27,524 bases of DNA, taken from a virus. Lineage: Duplodnaviria > Caudoviricetes. Position numbers and translations under genes: made by a program. The stretch's first letter is position 1. Each line of letters begins with the position of its first letter. The stretch is from IMG/VR virus record IMGVR_UViG_3300011335_000228, positions 1 through 27,524 of that record; one strand, written 5' to 3'. The notes below the pieces were generated by a model. That model did not search any database. It worked only from the letters and a program-made list of their open reading frames with translations, and was not told where the DNA came from. Below, one piece after another: positions 26,486 to 27,524 of the stretch.

Positions 26486-27142
26486 TCAAGTCACCTTTTG
26501 TCGGAACTGTCCAGAACGATATGCGTCTTGACGCTCCATACCATCGGCCAAACGTTTTGCTAGGGCAAGAGCTTCTTGATATTTGCCGTTATATAACGCC
26601 ATCATATCTTGCTCACCCTTCATGTATGTGTAGGCTTCCACCAAAGAACCGTACAACAGCACAGAGTCAAAGTTATCACCAAGCCATGTTGTATTTGCAG
26701 TAACAATAGATGGCGGATAGTAATAATAGTGCAACTCTACAACGTACGTAGCATCGGGTGTTGGGCCAACAATAAACGTCAACTCGTTAACGTCATTACT
26801 TTGTGGGCCGAACAATGCGTAGTATCGTGGTAAGCCTGTATCAGTAGGGATGGGGTACGCCTGACGAATAAAGTTAACGTCTTTGTTTAGTAGATACTCA
26901 TACGCGCCCGTACCATCCACAATTGCCATGGAATACACAGCCAAAAAGTCACTTGGGCAACCCACATACTTATTGTTGGCGGTAGTTGAACCTGTCACAT
27001 TCTTGCGAATCGACGGGAACTGCATGGAATTGTAAATACGCTGCTCAGCTTGCTGAACGAACACGGGTAACTCAGCAACAAAATTTGCTTCAGTATTCTC
27101 CGTGTACGCCTGAATAGCGGCGTAAAGTTCAGTCTTGTTCAT
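26486..27142 (-). CDS. Head-tail adaptor / tail tubular protein A-like
   Basis: FVQQAEQRI, TGLPRYY, VGPTPD..Y...LHYY and LLYGSLVEAY motifs of podovirus-type adaptor proteins. Confidence 0.75.
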   Translation of the reverse strand: MNKTELYAAIQAYTENTEANFVAELPVFVQQAEQRIYNSMQFPSIRKNVTGSTTANNKYVGCPSDFLAVYSMAIVDGTGAYEYLLNKDVNFIRQAYPIPTDTGLPRYYALFGPQSNDVNELTFIVGPTPDATYVVELHYYYYPPSIVTANTTWLGDNFDSVLLYGSLVEAYTYMKGEQDMMALYNGKYQEALALAKRLADGMERQDAYRSGQFRQKVT

Positions 27143-27144
27143 AG

Positions 27145-27405
27145 TTACGCCATCGGGCCTCGGGACATCAGACCTTTAGTGGCTGCGCCTGTACCGCGCA
27201 TCTTGATGCCGCTGGTCTTAGTTTCATTCTGGCCGTTGTTGTAGTTACCAACGCTCATTTTCATGGTTGTGGTACTACTAATATCTGAAGGCTTGCCGGG
27301 ATTAGTTGACATCTTCACAGCCTTACCACTCATATTGTGCGGTGCAGCATAAGTTGAAGCGCTACCAACTTCTTTACCCATTACTTTTTTACTGAATTTA
27401 GCCAT
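27145..27405 (-). CDS. Small basic, probably disordered phage protein
   Basis: GAGG SD. Lys/Met/Gly/Ser-rich, C-terminal TSGIKMRGTGAATKG...RGPMA. Confidence 0.7.
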   Translation of the reverse strand: MAKFSKKVMGKEVGSASTYAAPHNMSGKAVKMSTNPGKPSDISSTTTMKMSVGNYNNGQNETKTSGIKMRGTGAATKGLMSRGPMA

Positions 27406-27407
27406 GA

Positions 27408-27524
27408 TTAGCCTCGTTTCTGGTTAGCGACCTTGGCCAAATTACGGCCCATAGACATCATGTCTGCATTGGTTTTGCCACCCTTGCCCTTGCCGCCTTT
27501 AGCACCGCTTTCAATTCCAACGGT
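27408..27524 (-). CDS. Small basic protein, 3' portion (5' end outside the window)
   Basis: Open frame TVGIESGAKGGKGKGGKTNADMMSMGRNLAKVANQKRG* ending 2 nt before the next ATG. Not in the ORF track. Confidence 0.65.
   Translation of the reverse strand, partial: TVGIESGAKGGKGKGGKTNADMMSMGRNLAKVANQKRG

Overview
The window is part of a tailed dsDNA phage genome, most likely a short-tailed (podovirus-like) phage. It has two convergent blocks. The + strand (1-2649) carries the 3' part of an AEP-primase/DUF927 helicase gene, truncated at the window edge, and one small gene. The - strand (2717-27524) carries a tightly packed virion operon. In transcription order it encodes small basic proteins, a head-tail adaptor, structural and tail proteins, three tail-fibre or adhesin genes, a fibre-assembly-like gene, a cupin, a CxxCxxCC protein, a lysis cassette (membrane proteins, holin, GH24 lysozyme), a tail nozzle-like protein, a C1q-like tail protein and four probable internal or ejected virion proteins, the last being a 2058-aa giant with a zincin HExxH motif. 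The most notable unexplained signals are: (1) a promoter- and terminator-bounded ~70-nt RNA at the convergence point carrying two anti-Shine-Dalgarno/anti-start-codon segments; (2) a recurrent x-A-x-G-G motif, 14 copies across three consecutive internal-protein genes; (3) an in-frame TAA splitting the probable true 5' end of the 8905 gene; (4) a sigma70-type promoter in front of the internal-protein module. I saw no tRNA, rRNA, CRISPR array, integrase or reverse transcriptase. All product calls come from motif recognition by eye, not from database searches.
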